The translations under genes were made by a program, and so were the position numbers. The notes under the pieces are model-generated. The model was given only the letters and a program-made list of their open reading frames with translations, did no database searches and had not been told where the DNA came from. A stretch of DNA of 63,464 bases, filler included, from Folioceros fuciformis (taxonomy: Eukaryota), in the NCBI GenBank assembly GCA_049999805.1. It is 9 parts of 9 records of this genome, joined end to end, with 100 filler letters (N's around TTAATTAATTAA, not from the genome) between each part and the next. Parts side by side here need not be neighbours in the genome. Positions count along the whole stretch, not along the records: positions 42,708 to 54,649 come from JBNGIO010001087.1; positions 54,750 to 58,369 come from JBNGIO010001089.1; positions 58,470 to 60,996 come from JBNGIO010001091.1; 6 more parts are not named here. One strand, written 5' to 3'. Numbering within the stretch: position 1 is the first letter of the stretch; each line of letters opens with the position of its first letter. Positions 48,373-61,096 of the stretch are shown here, piece by piece.

Positions 48373-50849
48373 CAAGAGCTGAACAGCAAGCAAGCACGGT
48401 GGGATGACAAAGCCATTCTGGCAGAGAGGAGGGGTGTGTGAGGTGTTGGAGGAAGGGGACAGCACGCCAGGCTGGATGAACGGATAACCTTTTTGAGTCG
48501 ATGTGAGAGTTCTCGCAGACGAACTCGAGGGTGGAAACGTTTTAGACTGTGCGAACCTTCCTCCGGCAGCTTGAGAAGTGCGAGCTTATGAAAGCTGAGA
48601 TAATGCACACGAAGCTTCCACCACCAGCACGGAGTATTATGGTCTTATGTGAGTCATATGAAAGCTGCCCAATGTTTTCCTCTTGTTGCAGGACGACCAT
48701 GCAAATGAAGGGCGAGATAAGTCTGTAGTGAGAACGTGTTGTAGACACCGAAAGACAGAGTATGATGCCGCAATCCGGCACTTTCTGTTCATCAGGCAAA
48801 TAAGTTTTGGGTAGGTAGTGATATTGAGCAAGGATGATCAGCACTTGCTAAAGGGACAGACACAAGGTCCTCTCTTCTTTCATCAGATCACATCGAGGGC
48901 AAGAAGGAAAAGGGAAGGACAACTGTGGAAAGGGGGTGCCAATCACTATCCTGTGACTCCAGTTCTGTACCGTAAAAGATAGCCGCAGCCCGCAGCTGCT
49001 GGTGGGCACTTATACATGGATCGGATCATTGCAGGTCCGAGAGAAAGCGAGAAACGTGAAAAGCGGTCACAGATTGACTCACCTGTGACCTGCCCATCAG
49101 GTCGTTGTCTTGGAGCAACCGCATGTGAACATGAAGAGTCTCGTAGTAATTGCAATTGCTGATGTGCACTTACCTTGTCGCCCAAGCTTGGAATGATTAG
49201 GCATAATTAGGAAAGCACTTCGTGTACCTGTGAGCCGCAGCGCGGCAGAGGCTGCAGCAGGAGAACCAGTCTCTTTGGTCATGCACCTTCTCTCAACCAA
49301 TTCAAGGGAGGTATGAATGCCTGCAACCCTGCACCTTCTCGTCAAGCTCACTGCATGCTAGAGTTGCAGAGAACCAGAAGGATTCCACCGAGGCAGAGAG
49401 AGAGAGGTAGACCTGACACCAACAACTCCCCCAACAACACGCGTGACCGTGTGCTACTTGCTTTTGCTCGCTGGCCTCACTGACTCCTCCTCCATTCCGT
49501 CGCAGGCACATAGAAAGCAACACAACTGCCAGGCAGAGCCAGAGTAGGAACTGACTGTCCTGCCCCCCTCAGAAACCGCTCTCACCCCATCCGATGAGAT
49601 CAAATCCTGGTCATGTGTGTTTTGTATGTGTGTGGAGCAAAGCAGGAAGCTCGAGGGCACAGAGCAGTAGTACACAGTACTGTCATAGCTGGCGAGGCTG
49701 GGGATGTCTTTGACCTTGAGAGGAGGAGCAGCATGGGTGTGGCCTCGGAAGGTAAAGCCACCCAAAGTCGCTGTGCAAAAGCAACCCTAGCTTTCGTCGG
49801 GCCCAGTACAGAAGGCATGGGCTACTTGGCTGCCTCTCATAATTGAAGGGCTGGAGGTTGGACGTGATTTCTGCTACCATCGTACCAGTCTGCTCCTTCC
49901 GCTCACTGGCCCGTCTCCGTCACTGCGAAAGTCAATCCCTTGCATCATCGTCCTGGTAGCGGCTTGTTGTACATATACCATACATACATGATACATGCTG
50001 AACCCTAATCCCTCCGTGCCTACACAAGACACACAAACCTCGTATTAGATTCTCACCTTCCCTCATTAATCACTGTGTCTTTAGCTCTTGCCTCCATGTG
50101 GCAAGGAAGGCACAAGGAAAGGGGCGAGAAGGTGCCTCGTCTTGTGCCCCTCCCTGTCTGATTGTAAGTACTTGTAAGGCATGACAAGAAATGCAAGACA
50201 GCTGGATTCTCGAGGCTGGCTGGGCCCTCTCGGGACTGCCCACATGGCTTCTTCTAGATCCTGCAGGATGGCCTCTCTTTCTTTCTGGCCTGCCGGTGCC
50301 ACTGGCTCACACTCCTGTGTGTGCTTATCAGGAACAGGAACAGGAAGGGCAAGAGACGTGATAAGATATGTCACCTGCGAAGGTGGCCCCAAATAGTGAC
50401 AATGTTGAAATTTTTTGAGTAATGTCATGTTTACATACAGATATCAAACATGCTGCGTTCGTCTAGCAGAAAGAATTGGCTGCTGGAAGCTATGTTACTC
50501 GTGTTACCCTGACTCACCTAGATTCCGTTAGACTAATCCTGGCAGAGAGAAAACAAAAATGTGTCAAAGCTACATGTAGGGAAGCATATAGGTAGGAGGA
50601 CCTTTGATCGTGTTAGTGGAGAACCTTGTCGTTGTCGGTGATGGTGGTCTGCAGAGCTTCTTGGAAGATGTACTCATACTCACTCCCTGCGTTCGCAAGG
50701 AGATGAGGCTCCAGCTCCTGCTCCTCCTGGGCAGTTCAGAACTCCACCAGGTCCAAAAGTGCCAGCAGGGTGGTGTGCATTGCACAGCACTGAGTTGCTC
50801 CCTCTGCCTGTGTAAGGGAAATTGCAGAGCAGAGGATAAAAGAAGGAAT

Positions 50850-53501
50850 CTACAAGAACTTGCTCTGGTCAGCCTGGGATCCTTCAAAGAGCATGGAATT
50901 GCCGTAAGACTCGTAGTCAGACATGGCGTTGGCAATCTGCTGCTGACTGCCGGGGCTGTCAAGAGGATACAAGCCGATGCTGAAGGGGATGGGGGAAGGA
51001 ATTTGCTCTGTTCCTGGCTGTTGCTGTTGGTGGTGCATTGGCTGTTGGTGCAAAGCAGCTCTGGGATTCCTAGGCGGTGCCACTACACTCAAGCCTGCAG
51101 TATTGGGTTGCAGGACTCGGGAAGCTCTAAATTGACTAGACACAGCATCAGAAGAGGCAGGAGATGGCAGGCTCTCCGCCGAGCTTTCCACTGCCATGTC
51201 TTCTGCTTCCTCCTTCACATTCCCTCCTCCAGGATGTGCAGCAGCAACAGCAGGATTATGGTAGCCTCCATGAGGCAGAGAGTCCACCCAGCTGCTCACA
51301 TAAGTATCCCGTCTGTCCACCGTCCCGGATCCTGCCCTGGGCAAAGCTGCAGTCAGGTCCTCCGAAAAGCCCTGCGACACCAGCCCTTGCTGTGTACTCT
51401 TCTCCCTTTCCTCCATCTGACAGCTCCCTGCCTGCTGTTGCCCTTGTCCGCTCTCCTTACCCTTGACAGCATTCTGCAGCAAAATGCTGAGCAGGCTCAC
51501 AGCATTTGGGGGAAAGATGCCTGCACCTCCACCGGAGGCAACAGACTGAGAAGGCTGGGGAGGGAACGCCAGCTCCGACTTCACACCAGCCCTAGGATCT
51601 AGCAGCGGCATCCCAAACCTGGGCGTGATGACAGGACTCTGTGCAAACGCAGGTCTGAGGAGTAGGTTGGAGCCCCCTGCACTGCCCGTGGTCAGGTGAA
51701 AGGGCACTCTAGACGGCACAGGTCCTGCATCAGGCGATGGCGATGGAGAAGGAGATGGCGACGGCGACAGCGAAGGCCCGACCTGAATTCCCCCTGCCGT
51801 GTTGAGAATGAGAGAGCTGTTCCCAGCTGCAGAAGCCGCAGCAGGCTCAGATACAGGAGGATATGGCTGCTGCGCCAGGTTGTGCATCGGAGAAGCTACA
51901 GACTGGAAGGGGAACCATGGGTTAGGCGGGATCTGCGCCAGACAGCTGTGCTCCCCTCTATAAGTGACATCGAACAGGCCTGGGTCGTCGTCGCATCTCT
52001 GCACGTACTTGATGGCCGGACACCCCAGCTCGTTCTTGTGCGTGCAGCGGTAGTAGCTCCTGCGAAAGCATACCCCATACCCCATGCACATCTCCATCAT
52101 GATGATCATCATCAACAACAACAAGCGATGCAAGCCAGTGCAAAAGCAATACAAACGAACAAGATGCAACGCTTAGAGCGCAACATCAATGACTTTGCTG
52201 GGTGCAGACTGGACACCCCTTCTCCTCACCTTGGGAAACGAGAGCCCAGAATGTCCTTCTGCCCGTACTTCCGCCAGGTGAACCCGTCGTCTGGAGGAGC
52301 CTCATTGCCAGAGTCCCCACCTGTGGCCCGCAATTTGATGTTCCATCTGGGAAGGAATTTTCTGCAGCAACCCAACAAGAAGAGCAGTGCAGGATTTGAG
52401 ACAACCTGGGGGATTCCGATTCCTGCTCTTGTTTTTTGCTTGTGCCTTTGCGTGTGTTTGCAGTTTGCAAATGAAGAAGAAACGAAGGGAGGAAGCCAGT
52501 CAAGAAGAAGAATGGACAGACCTGCGCTTGGGGACGGGGCGCTGATCAGCAGAGGCAGCGCCAGACTCGGGCTCGGAATCGGCGGCGGCAGTGGCCACCG
52601 TGGGCTGCTGCTGCTGCTGCTTGGAAGTAGAGGTGGCCTCCATGTCGAGGATGCCGAGGCTGGAAAGGTTGTGGACGTTGAAGTTGCAGGAGACAGGGGA
52701 GCCATCGCTCATGCCGGACATGGGTGTGTGGCAGGGGCTGCTGCTCAGCGGGGGGCTGGGCAGCGGCGGGAGCCCCTGGTTGGCCAGACGCGGAGATAGC
52801 ATTCCCGGGTGACCGGGGGAGGTTGGGGGAGTGTCGGAGGTGCAGGCAGTGGACATTGGGCTCTCGGGATTGTTGGGGCTGCTTTGCGCATTTGGCCTTC
52901 CTCCTCCCCGCTGCTGCTGCTGTTGCTGTTGCTCCGCATTAGCATTGGCATTGGCAGCAGCAACAGCAGCATTGGATCCCGCCTCCAGCTGCGCGATGGC
53001 GTTCATGAGCCCCCGAGAGTGGGAATGCACGTGCAGCGCTCCCTGGTGGTGCACTATGTCGGACCCGGGCCCTGTCACCGACCCGCCGGGCGACGCGTCC
53101 GCCGCCGTCGACCGAGCAGCAGCAGAAGGAGGCATGGGGATCGAGAGGGCCGAGGGCGGCGGCGGGGAAGAGTGGGCGGCGGCGGCGGTGGCCGCGTCGG
53201 TCGGGAAGGACGTAAGCAGCTGGATGACGTTGCTGAAGCTGCGTACTATGGCAGCTGCAGCCCCCATGATGCCTGCCCGCACCACCTGCGCTTCCGGATG
53301 ATTGGCGGCTCCCAGCAGTGGTGGAGGCGCCCGCAACAGGTGCTGCTCCACCTCCTTCATGTGCTGACACCCCATAATTGCTTCCATCCGCACTCTCTGA
53401 TCGTACTCCAGCACCCGCTTCTTCTCCTGCTCCTGGTGCTGGTGCTGCTGCTGGAGGTCTCCCCTCCCGCCTCCACCCTCCTCCTCCTGCGATTCCATCA
53501 T
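50850..53501 (-). CDS. Group III WRKY transcription factor, 3 exons (53501-52522, 52361-52230, 52059-50850), 773 aa
   Basis: DDGFTWRKYGQKDILGSRFPR|SYYRCTHKNELGCPAIKYVQR...TYRGEHSC (C-X7-C-X23-H-X-C); phase-2 intron in the R codon; GT-AG; spliced length 2322 nt. Confidence 0.92.
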
Positions 53502-54749
53502 GTCCCTCCCTCTCGTCCTGTGCCGCTGCACCCAATTACAATTGTGGTGCCGCTGAGCCAGTGACACCGCCAGCTTGCAGACCGCAAATGCACTACTCCC
53601 GACAACGCATCAATCCTCCTCTCTTGCCTTGCAAGCTTCCCTCGCAGATCTTCTCTCGTCCCCTCCAGTGACTCTCTCGTCTGCGCTTCTCTTCCCTTCG
53701 CTTCCCCTCCCCTCCTCTCCTCTCCTCTCCCGATCACTAAACTAAACCAATCCTAGGTCTCACACAAGGAGAGCAGCCGGCCTTTGAGCCAGGAGCCCTC
53801 ATGTTCGACGCCTCCTACGTTCTGTCCCCCTCACGACCAACCATGAATTAAGCAGCAGCAAAAACACACAAGCTCCCCACTTCCAACACCAGGCCCGCCT
53901 TTCCCACCAGGAAAGCAGCTTAAGAAGAAGCAGCAGCGAGAGACGAGTCCCACCACTCCCTCTCCTTCACGGGCGAGAGGGCGACAAGAAATGAGAACAG
54001 AGAGCCAACGTCTGATGTGCGTGGAAGCCAACCAAAGAACACCGCGTATCAAGACTTTGAATACTCCACTGGACAGGGCCTTGGCGCGTTGGACAAGGCC
54101 CAAGGCAAGAAGAAGAAGCAAGATGGCCGCAGGCAGGAAGTCCCAAGCCGGATGCTCAGCTTCACAGTAAAAGGCAGGAAAGCGTAAAGGAGAGGGCGAG
54201 GAAGGCAGCAGATTGAGTTCCCTGCAGCGGGTGCGGCTTTAAGTGAGGGGGAGTTTAGAGTGGGCGGCGGAGAGATGAGCACTGGAGCGGGAGCACTTCA
54301 CTTGAGACGAAAGTGTGTGCCATGGCCGCCGCAAGGCCAGCCATTTGTATAACCAGGCCCCGCCGCAGGCAGGCCCAGGGAGCACAAAGGCCAGGCATCA
54401 GTAGCAGCAGCAGCAGCCGGGCAGCCCAGCCCAGCCCAGCCCAGCGTCGTCGCCTCAGGAGCTTGTCCAGAAGCACACCGGTAGAGAGAGAGGGAGACGA
54501 ACATACACGGAAGTCCAGTCTAGAGAGAGGGGAGAGACTCCAATCCTAGAGAGAGACTCGCCTACCGCTCCGGGCCACGCCCGTGCCGGGCCCCGGCCCG
54601 GGCCTAGCGGACAGGACAGGAGGGCGCACCGGAGCACTCGGAGCATAGCNNNNNNNNNNNNNNNNNNNNNNNNNNNNNNNNNNNNNNNNNNNNTTAATTA
54701 ATTAANNNNNNNNNNNNNNNNNNNNNNNNNNNNNNNNNNNNNNNNNNNN

Positions 54750-55078
54750 TTATTTTATTATTATTTAATCATTTAATATTATATATCTTTAATTAATATT
54801 AAACTAATCACCAGACCTAGACTCAAACTTTCCCAACCCTATGGCCTGGTACCGAACCTAAACCTTCCCAGGTCTGGGACCAAACCTATACCCACTCTTA
54901 TAACCAAACCAACTATTTCCTGGTCAATTAACCTAATTAGCACAAAGAAAAATAGGAAAAATGACCAGAAAATAAAGGACAATTAGGGAAAATAAGTTGA
55001 AAAAGAAAACCAAACCATACCACTATTAACCCTTTTTCAACCAAAACAAACTACTACCCCAACCTTTGGAGGTTCACA
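54750..55078 (-). mobile_element. LTR terminus (TGTGAACC family) inserted into a Copia RT
   Basis: 54889-55078 near-identical to 20642-20831; ...GGTTCACA abuts the RT codons GLDYNE on the minus strand. Confidence 0.8.
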
Positions 55079-58000
55079 TTTCATTATAGTCTAGGCCAGC
55101 AACCTGGCTATATCCTTTGGCAACTAATCTGGACTTGTAGTGGCCAACACGACCATCAGTGTTAAGCTTCTTTTTAAAAATCCATTTGCAAGCCACTGGC
55201 TTACGACCTTCTGGTAAATCTACAAGTTTCCAGGTACCATCGGCAATAAGAGAATTATACTCAGACTGTATGGACTCCTTCCAGAACTCTGCCTCAGGAC
55301 CCGTAATGGCTTCTGGGTAGGTGGCTGGTTCAGATGTATTGAAATTGGGAACAAAAGTCTTTGAAGCTACACCTGCAACAAAAGGTGGTTCTATCCACTC
55401 ATGGCGAGGAGGTCGATTCCTGGTGGACCTATGAAGGACAGGTGAAGAGAGGGTATCCTTGACAGGTATAGGGTCTGGATCTGCAACTACTAGTGAAACA
55501 AGAGGCACTGGAGGATCAACTGCTACAGGTTCATCAATAGAAGCAGACTTAGCAATTGGAAGTGAGGTAGGCTCATCTGATGTAGTAGAAGATGACACGG
55601 ACGGAGATGGTTGCTGAGGTAACTGGTTGATCTACTCCCGTGAAGCTAAAGGAGTTGTGTCCTCATAGTAAAAAAAAGAAGCATCTGGGTCCTTATCAAT
55701 AGCAAAATCAACTTCATCATCTACACCATGAATAGTGGCGGGTGGTAGCACAGAGGAAGGAGATAACAAGCTGTCATGTTGACGAAGTAAGCCATTCTCA
55801 TGGAAAATTATGCTGCAAGAATAAGAAACTTGCCGAGTGTTTGGATCAAACAGCTTATAACCTTTGACTGCCTCAGCATAGCCAACAAAAAATCGACGAA
55901 CTGCCCTTGGGTCAAGCTTGCTCTTGAGCTGAGAGGGAACTAGTGCATATGCAGGGTTGCCAAAAATCCTCATATGTGTGATACAAGGTTTCTTACCCGT
56001 GCAGCGTTCATATGGAATGATGATGCCAAGCTCCTATGTAGGAAGGTGATTCTACATGTAATTAGCTGCAACGAGAGCTTCTGCCCATTATCCACAAGTC
56101 AGCCCAGCAAAAGACAAACTGGATAGTGTGGCCTCTTGTAAGGTACGATTCTTGCGTTCAGCGAAAGCATTTTGGGCAGGTGTATAAAGGACAGTAAACT
56201 GATGGACAACTCCCTCTGCTGCACAAAAATTTGAAAAAGTATGACTCACATATTCTCCACCATTATCTGACCTAAAAAACTTGAGCTTGCAACCTGTCTG
56301 TCACTGACCCATAGTGACAAAATCTTGGAAACAGGTGAAGGCGTCACTTTTGCTATGGAGAACATAAACTGTGCAATATCAGCTCCACTCGTCAATAAAG
56401 GTCAGAAAGTAATGAGCACCACCAAAGGAGGTTGTGGACATGGGTCCACAGAGGTCACTATGAACTGTATGGAGAAGGCTAGGTGCTCGTGAGAGATTTT
56501 GATCTCGGAAAGGCTGTGAGATAGCTTTGCTGACTTGACAGGAATCACAAAATGCATGATTGTCGAAAGAGAAGGACAGAGAATCTCTAAAAATAGTGTT
56601 GTTCACCAATAGGGACAGACGCTGAAAGTTGACGTGCCCCAAGCGACAGTGCCACAGCTTAGTAGGAGATAGGGATGGAGACTGGCTGACTTGAACTGTA
56701 GATGGCTGTGACAGAGTTCTGACATTCAAGAGATACAGATCGTTAAAGGGAGTTCCAGAGAAAATATCATCCCTGTCAGCTATAGTGGAAATTGAGCAAC
56801 CAAAATAGTCAAAGAAAATTCTACAGGAGTGTTCTTCAGAAAGCTTAATTACTGACATTAGGTTTTTGGTCATGGCTGGGACGAATAGCACACCTGTCAA
56901 AATCATGGTAGCTGAATTGAGCAACTCAATGGTAACTGAACCTGACCCCTTGATGGATAAGCCACTATCGTCCCCTAACAAGACAAACTGCTGGCTTTCA
57001 GAAGAAGGAACAAAGTGGTGGAAAGCACGCCTATCGTAGCAAATATGGCTGGTGGCCCCCGAGTCCAAAAACCACATGTCATTCTGGATCTGAACTGAGG
57101 CTAAGCAAATAGCAAGGATAGAAGGTGACTTAGCAGTAGTTGTAGGCTTGGCTGTGGCTAGATTGGGTTCGGGAGCAGTCCCTTCCTTACGTGGTTCTCC
57201 AACACGCTTCTTTCTACAGTCCTTCTCAAAATGCCTTGGTATCTTGCACCAGTTACAAGTAAACATCTTCCTCTAGAGATTAGGTTGCTTGGCTGTTGGG
57301 TAGCCACCTTGACCTTGTCCTCCACGACCTCGTCCTCGAAAGCTCCCTCTGCCACGGCCAGAAAAGAGAACTCTTGAACTGGAATGCTGTTGTGATGTTT
57401 CCTTTCCTTTATGAAAACCCTTGGTGCGCTCCTCTGCTAATAAGGGGCCAATCAACTCGTCTAGAGTAAGGGCTGGTAGGCCTCCTGCAGCTGCAGAGGA
57501 GGCACGAGCAAACTATGAACTCATAAAATGGCTATAGCTTTGAGGTAAGGAAGCTAGCAGACTGGTCCCAGCTTGTTCCTCAGTGAGAATTGTCCCACAA
57601 TATGCCAATGTAGCACGTGCTGTCCTAAAGCGATTGATATAGGACTCCACAGACTCGTTGTCCTTCATCCTCATACCATAAAAATCTCTGTGTGCAAACA
57701 CTTGAAATGCATTACTCTTGTCCTTATAAATCTGGATGAAACTCTGCCATACAGCCGTAGAGGTGATAGCACCCAAGATGTGAGGCATCATGTTTCTGTC
57801 GAGGGAAGAAATGAGAATTGAACGTGCTCTCCTGTCCTTTCGTTTCCAGTCGAGAACGTCGGCAGCATTAGTCGATGTTGCAATAGGACATCTCTCACTC
57901 CCATCCACCACAGACATCAGCTTGTTTTCCTCAAATATCTAGGTCAATCTCAGTGACCACGTGTTGTAGTCGTTTCCATTGAAACGATCCTTACCCCTGA

Positions 58001-58369
58001 ACTCGATCTTCAGGGCAGGTTGAGGAAGAGCTGCTGCCATCGCTCCAGTTGTGGTAGGTTGTGCCCTATAAGCTGCTCCAGGAGAGATCAGACGTGTCTC
58101 CTCTCCAGGATGTTGTCCACGAGAATAGTGATCAAAACCTTCCTGTGGTCTCCCCTCGTGAGCTCCTCCGTAGGTTCTCGAGGAAGGCCAAATTCAAAGT
58201 TGAAATCCGGGCGCCTATAGCGTTCTTCAACGCGTGGTGGATCAGTATCTTGATCCGGCTCAACGATGCCGCTAGCATCTAAATCAAGCTCATCTTCTGA
58301 AGGGGGCTCCTGATGTCTCCTATGCGGCATCACATCAAAGCTTGAACACAAGTTAGTAGAGCGTCGCTC
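55079..58369 (-). mobile_element. Ty1/Copia gag-protease-integrase-RT(N-term), decayed
   Basis: DRFNGNDYNTW gag start near 57990, CNWCKIPRHFEKDC knuckle, WFLDSGATSHI, LWHCRLGH, VHSDLCGP, FIDEWS, KWIFKKK...YKSRLVAKGYSQ. Confidence 0.95.
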
Positions 58370-58469
58370 NNNNNNNNNNNNNNNNNNNNNNNNNNNNNNN
58401 NNNNNNNNNNNNNTTAATTAATTAANNNNNNNNNNNNNNNNNNNNNNNNNNNNNNNNNNNNNNNNNNNN

Positions 58470-58586
58470 GTGGCTCTGCGATCAGCTGGCAAAGTAAGAA
58501 GCTGTCAACCATTAGTCTCTCGTCAACAAAGGCTGAGTACAGCGCCCTTTCCGTAGCTGCATGCGAGATCACCTGGATCAGACAAT
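58470..58586 (+). mobile_element. Copia RNase H fragment, opposite orientation to its neighbour
   Basis: GSAISWQSKKLSTISLSSTKAEYSALSVAACEITWIRQ. Confidence 0.88.
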
Positions 58587-58600
58587 TTTAGGGTTTAGGG
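58587..58600 (+). repeat. Interstitial telomeric repeat (TTTAGGG)2
   Basis: TTTAGGGTTTAGGG exactly between two Copia fragments. Confidence 0.85.
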
Positions 58601-59725
58601 TATATGCTTTTTGTGGTTTATATGGTTTTTGTGTAAGTTTGCCTACTTGACAGCTCTTGTAGAAAAGTGAAGGATCGGGTTTAAAGGTAAGACCGTCCTT
58701 GTATAAATCTGAATGTTGAATTATACGCTGGAGATAGGCTAAGCTAGGGTGACATAACCTATAGTGCCAGAGGAAAGATGTACTAACTACTGGATGTGCA
58801 TCTGCAACATTTGACTGTTTTATGGTCTTCTGACTGTCATCAATGGTGATGTGCAGGTGATACAAATCATGGTAGGGGTAACCACATACTAGAACAAGTG
58901 ATGGCTGTGAGATAGGTGAAATTGTACAAGAAACAAGAGTGAAAGTAATTTGCAAGGTATGATCACAAGTTAGTTTATGCACAGACAACAAATTTTTTGT
59001 CATACTTGGCACATGTAAGACACCCTTGAGCATGATGTACTGTCCATGATTCACTAGTAGCTTGATTTCACCAGTCCCTTGAATGAATAGACCGCTGTCG
59101 TCTCCTAGTAATATGAACTGATTTGTTGTTGATTGACGATGGGTATAATACATCTCCCTGGAGTGACAAATATGATTAGTGGTGCCGGAATCAAGAAACC
59201 ACATGCCAGTATATGCTTTTGTTAGGGATAGACACACTACTAAAATTGCTGGTGCCTTTGTATTGTTGGTGGTTGGTCTAATAGCTACATTTGTCTTTGG
59301 TGCAGGTTGCCTAGGCTCTCCTGCAACTTTCTTACGGCATTCATTCTTATTAATGCCCGGGGATGCGACACTAGTTGCAGGGACCTTTAACCCTACGTGG
59401 TGCTCCACTGCTGGATGTTGCAGCATTGCTAGGTGTTGCACAGTATGATCTTCTGCTCCAAAAATTAGGTTTGAAACCTCGACCTTGTCCTCTTCCTCGA
59501 GAGGTAAAAAGCACATGTTGCTATTGAGGTGATGATGAGGATCTTGCAAAGCCTATTCTGCTTGACTCCTCTTCAAGGGCAGCACCAAACCCTAAAACCG
59601 TAAACCCTAAAATCCACGATGTCTATAAGTTCAGTTTCTTTGAAAATAGCCTTCATACAAATCTCCCATATATAAAAGTCGGACCCATTGAAGCGGTCAC
59701 GATCTCTAAATTCAAGTTTTGCCAT
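58601..59725 (-). mobile_element. Ty1/Copia 5' fragment (internally deleted gag, protease, GAG-pre-integrase)
   Basis: MAKLEFRDRDRFNGSDFYIW at 59725, ECRKKVAGEPR, WFLDSGTTNHI, LWHYRLCH; truncated after GKLTQKPY. Confidence 0.9.
59587..59612 (-). repeat. Interstitial telomeric repeat, about 3.5 units with one variant
   Basis: AAACCCTAAAACCGTAAACCCTAAAA on plus; TTTTAGGGTTTACGGTTTTAGGGTTT on minus. Confidence 0.85.
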
Positions 59726-60706
59726 AGTTGTGGTTTTGCTATCACTAAGAGAGTGTGTGTGGTGTGTGCAGACAGGACACTACCTATGAAGGACTACAGG
59801 GTATCACCTACAATATGGTGTGAGTGTCATAAAAAAGTGAAGCAATGCCAGACAGTGCAGATTCAATTGGCTCTGGAACAACTAATTTGTTAGAATCAAG
59901 GTCAGCTGGTTCGGGGGAAGGCTCATAGGCCATTTCTATTATATGAACCAGTAGGCATATCACATACAAAAGAAACAACAAGGTCTCTAGTGGAATATGT
60001 GGGAAGGTCTCTTTGATTCTGTGCTAGGGTTAGCTATGACACTTTCTTCTCAAGCTGATCAAGTTGTTTACACAAAGCAATGATCTCTAGCTTTGTCTTG
60101 CATTGTTGTTCATAGGAATTTTCTCCTAAGACTTGTATTTTATACAGGACAAGAGCAGGTTAATTTTTGATTGAAGATTGGTCAGGTCTCGTCTTGTGTT
60201 GTGGTCTTTGGTTGTGGTAAGAGTTTGTGTCTGGTGACCAGAAATGTAGTGCACTAGAGGCAAGATACAATGGAGGCAACTATGGTGTGAGCTGTAACAC
60301 CTAAAAAAGCAATGTGATGTTTTAGGAACATCACGTCTGCAAGGTCTATTGCTCCTATTCCTTGCCTTTTGACCTATGTGCAAGTGTGTATTGCAGAATT
60401 GTGAAGTGGAGGATGCAAATTTGAACCATTTTCTTGTATGCAAATGCTGCAGGTCAAAGAAGAATGAAAATATGTGGACAGATCTGTGAGGAGTGGAAAA
60501 TCCTCCATTCCAGAAAATTCTGGTGTAGCGTATGTAGATTCTATGAAATAGATTTAGTGCACTGCAGTGTTTGCATGTCTGCGGTTGTTGTACAAGTGGG
60601 GGCACATGAGTGGGAACCATGAAATCCATCCATCGCAATTGGATGCATGGCGTCGTTCTTACCTGCGCGGACCTACTAGTGCAATCATCTTAGACATGGG
60701 TAAAGT

Positions 60707-60718
60707 GCTCTAATACCA
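60707..60718 (-). other. tRNA-iMet primer binding site of an LTR retrotransposon; 60719-60996 probably LTR
   Basis: Minus strand TGGTATTAGAGC, one mismatch from the canonical TGGTATCAGAGC. Confidence 0.55.
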
Positions 60719-61096
60719 TAAAGAGCGTCCGCACAAACACGAGACCGGACAAGGAGAGGCAAGGTGCTCACAAGCGAATGTTCAATTAAGATCAAGAAAG
60801 ATGTTCATGTCCAAAAGAAGTTGGAACTATTTCAAGAATGCCTCGTTTCATGACTCGATTTTAAAGTTAGGACTGCTTATATGGATAACGATTCATATCT
60901 TAACAACAAGCTACTGGATTGAGATGTTGTGGGGAACATTTAGCTTGGAATCGTAAATAGGAGACGTCATGAGATCTGCAAGAGGCAGGCTGTCGGNNNN
61001 NNNNNNNNNNNNNNNNNNNNNNNNNNNNNNNNNNNNNNNNTTAATTAATTAANNNNNNNNNNNNNNNNNNNNNNNNNNNNNNNNNNNNNNNNNNNN

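Noticed and set aside
47413..48465. 350-aa antisense ORF over the kinase
   Set aside because: Shadow of GC-rich codon usage; no recognisable motifs.
50600..50862. Possible extra WRKY exon via a GC donor (GCAAGT) just before the stop and a pyrimidine-rich ACACAG acceptor
   Set aside because: The intron would be only about 56 nt and the added peptide has no homology support; needs RNA-seq.
50604..53564. Long plus-strand ORFs (332, 367, 251 aa) opposite WRKY
   Set aside because: Antisense shadows of a GC-rich low-complexity gene; no domain signatures.
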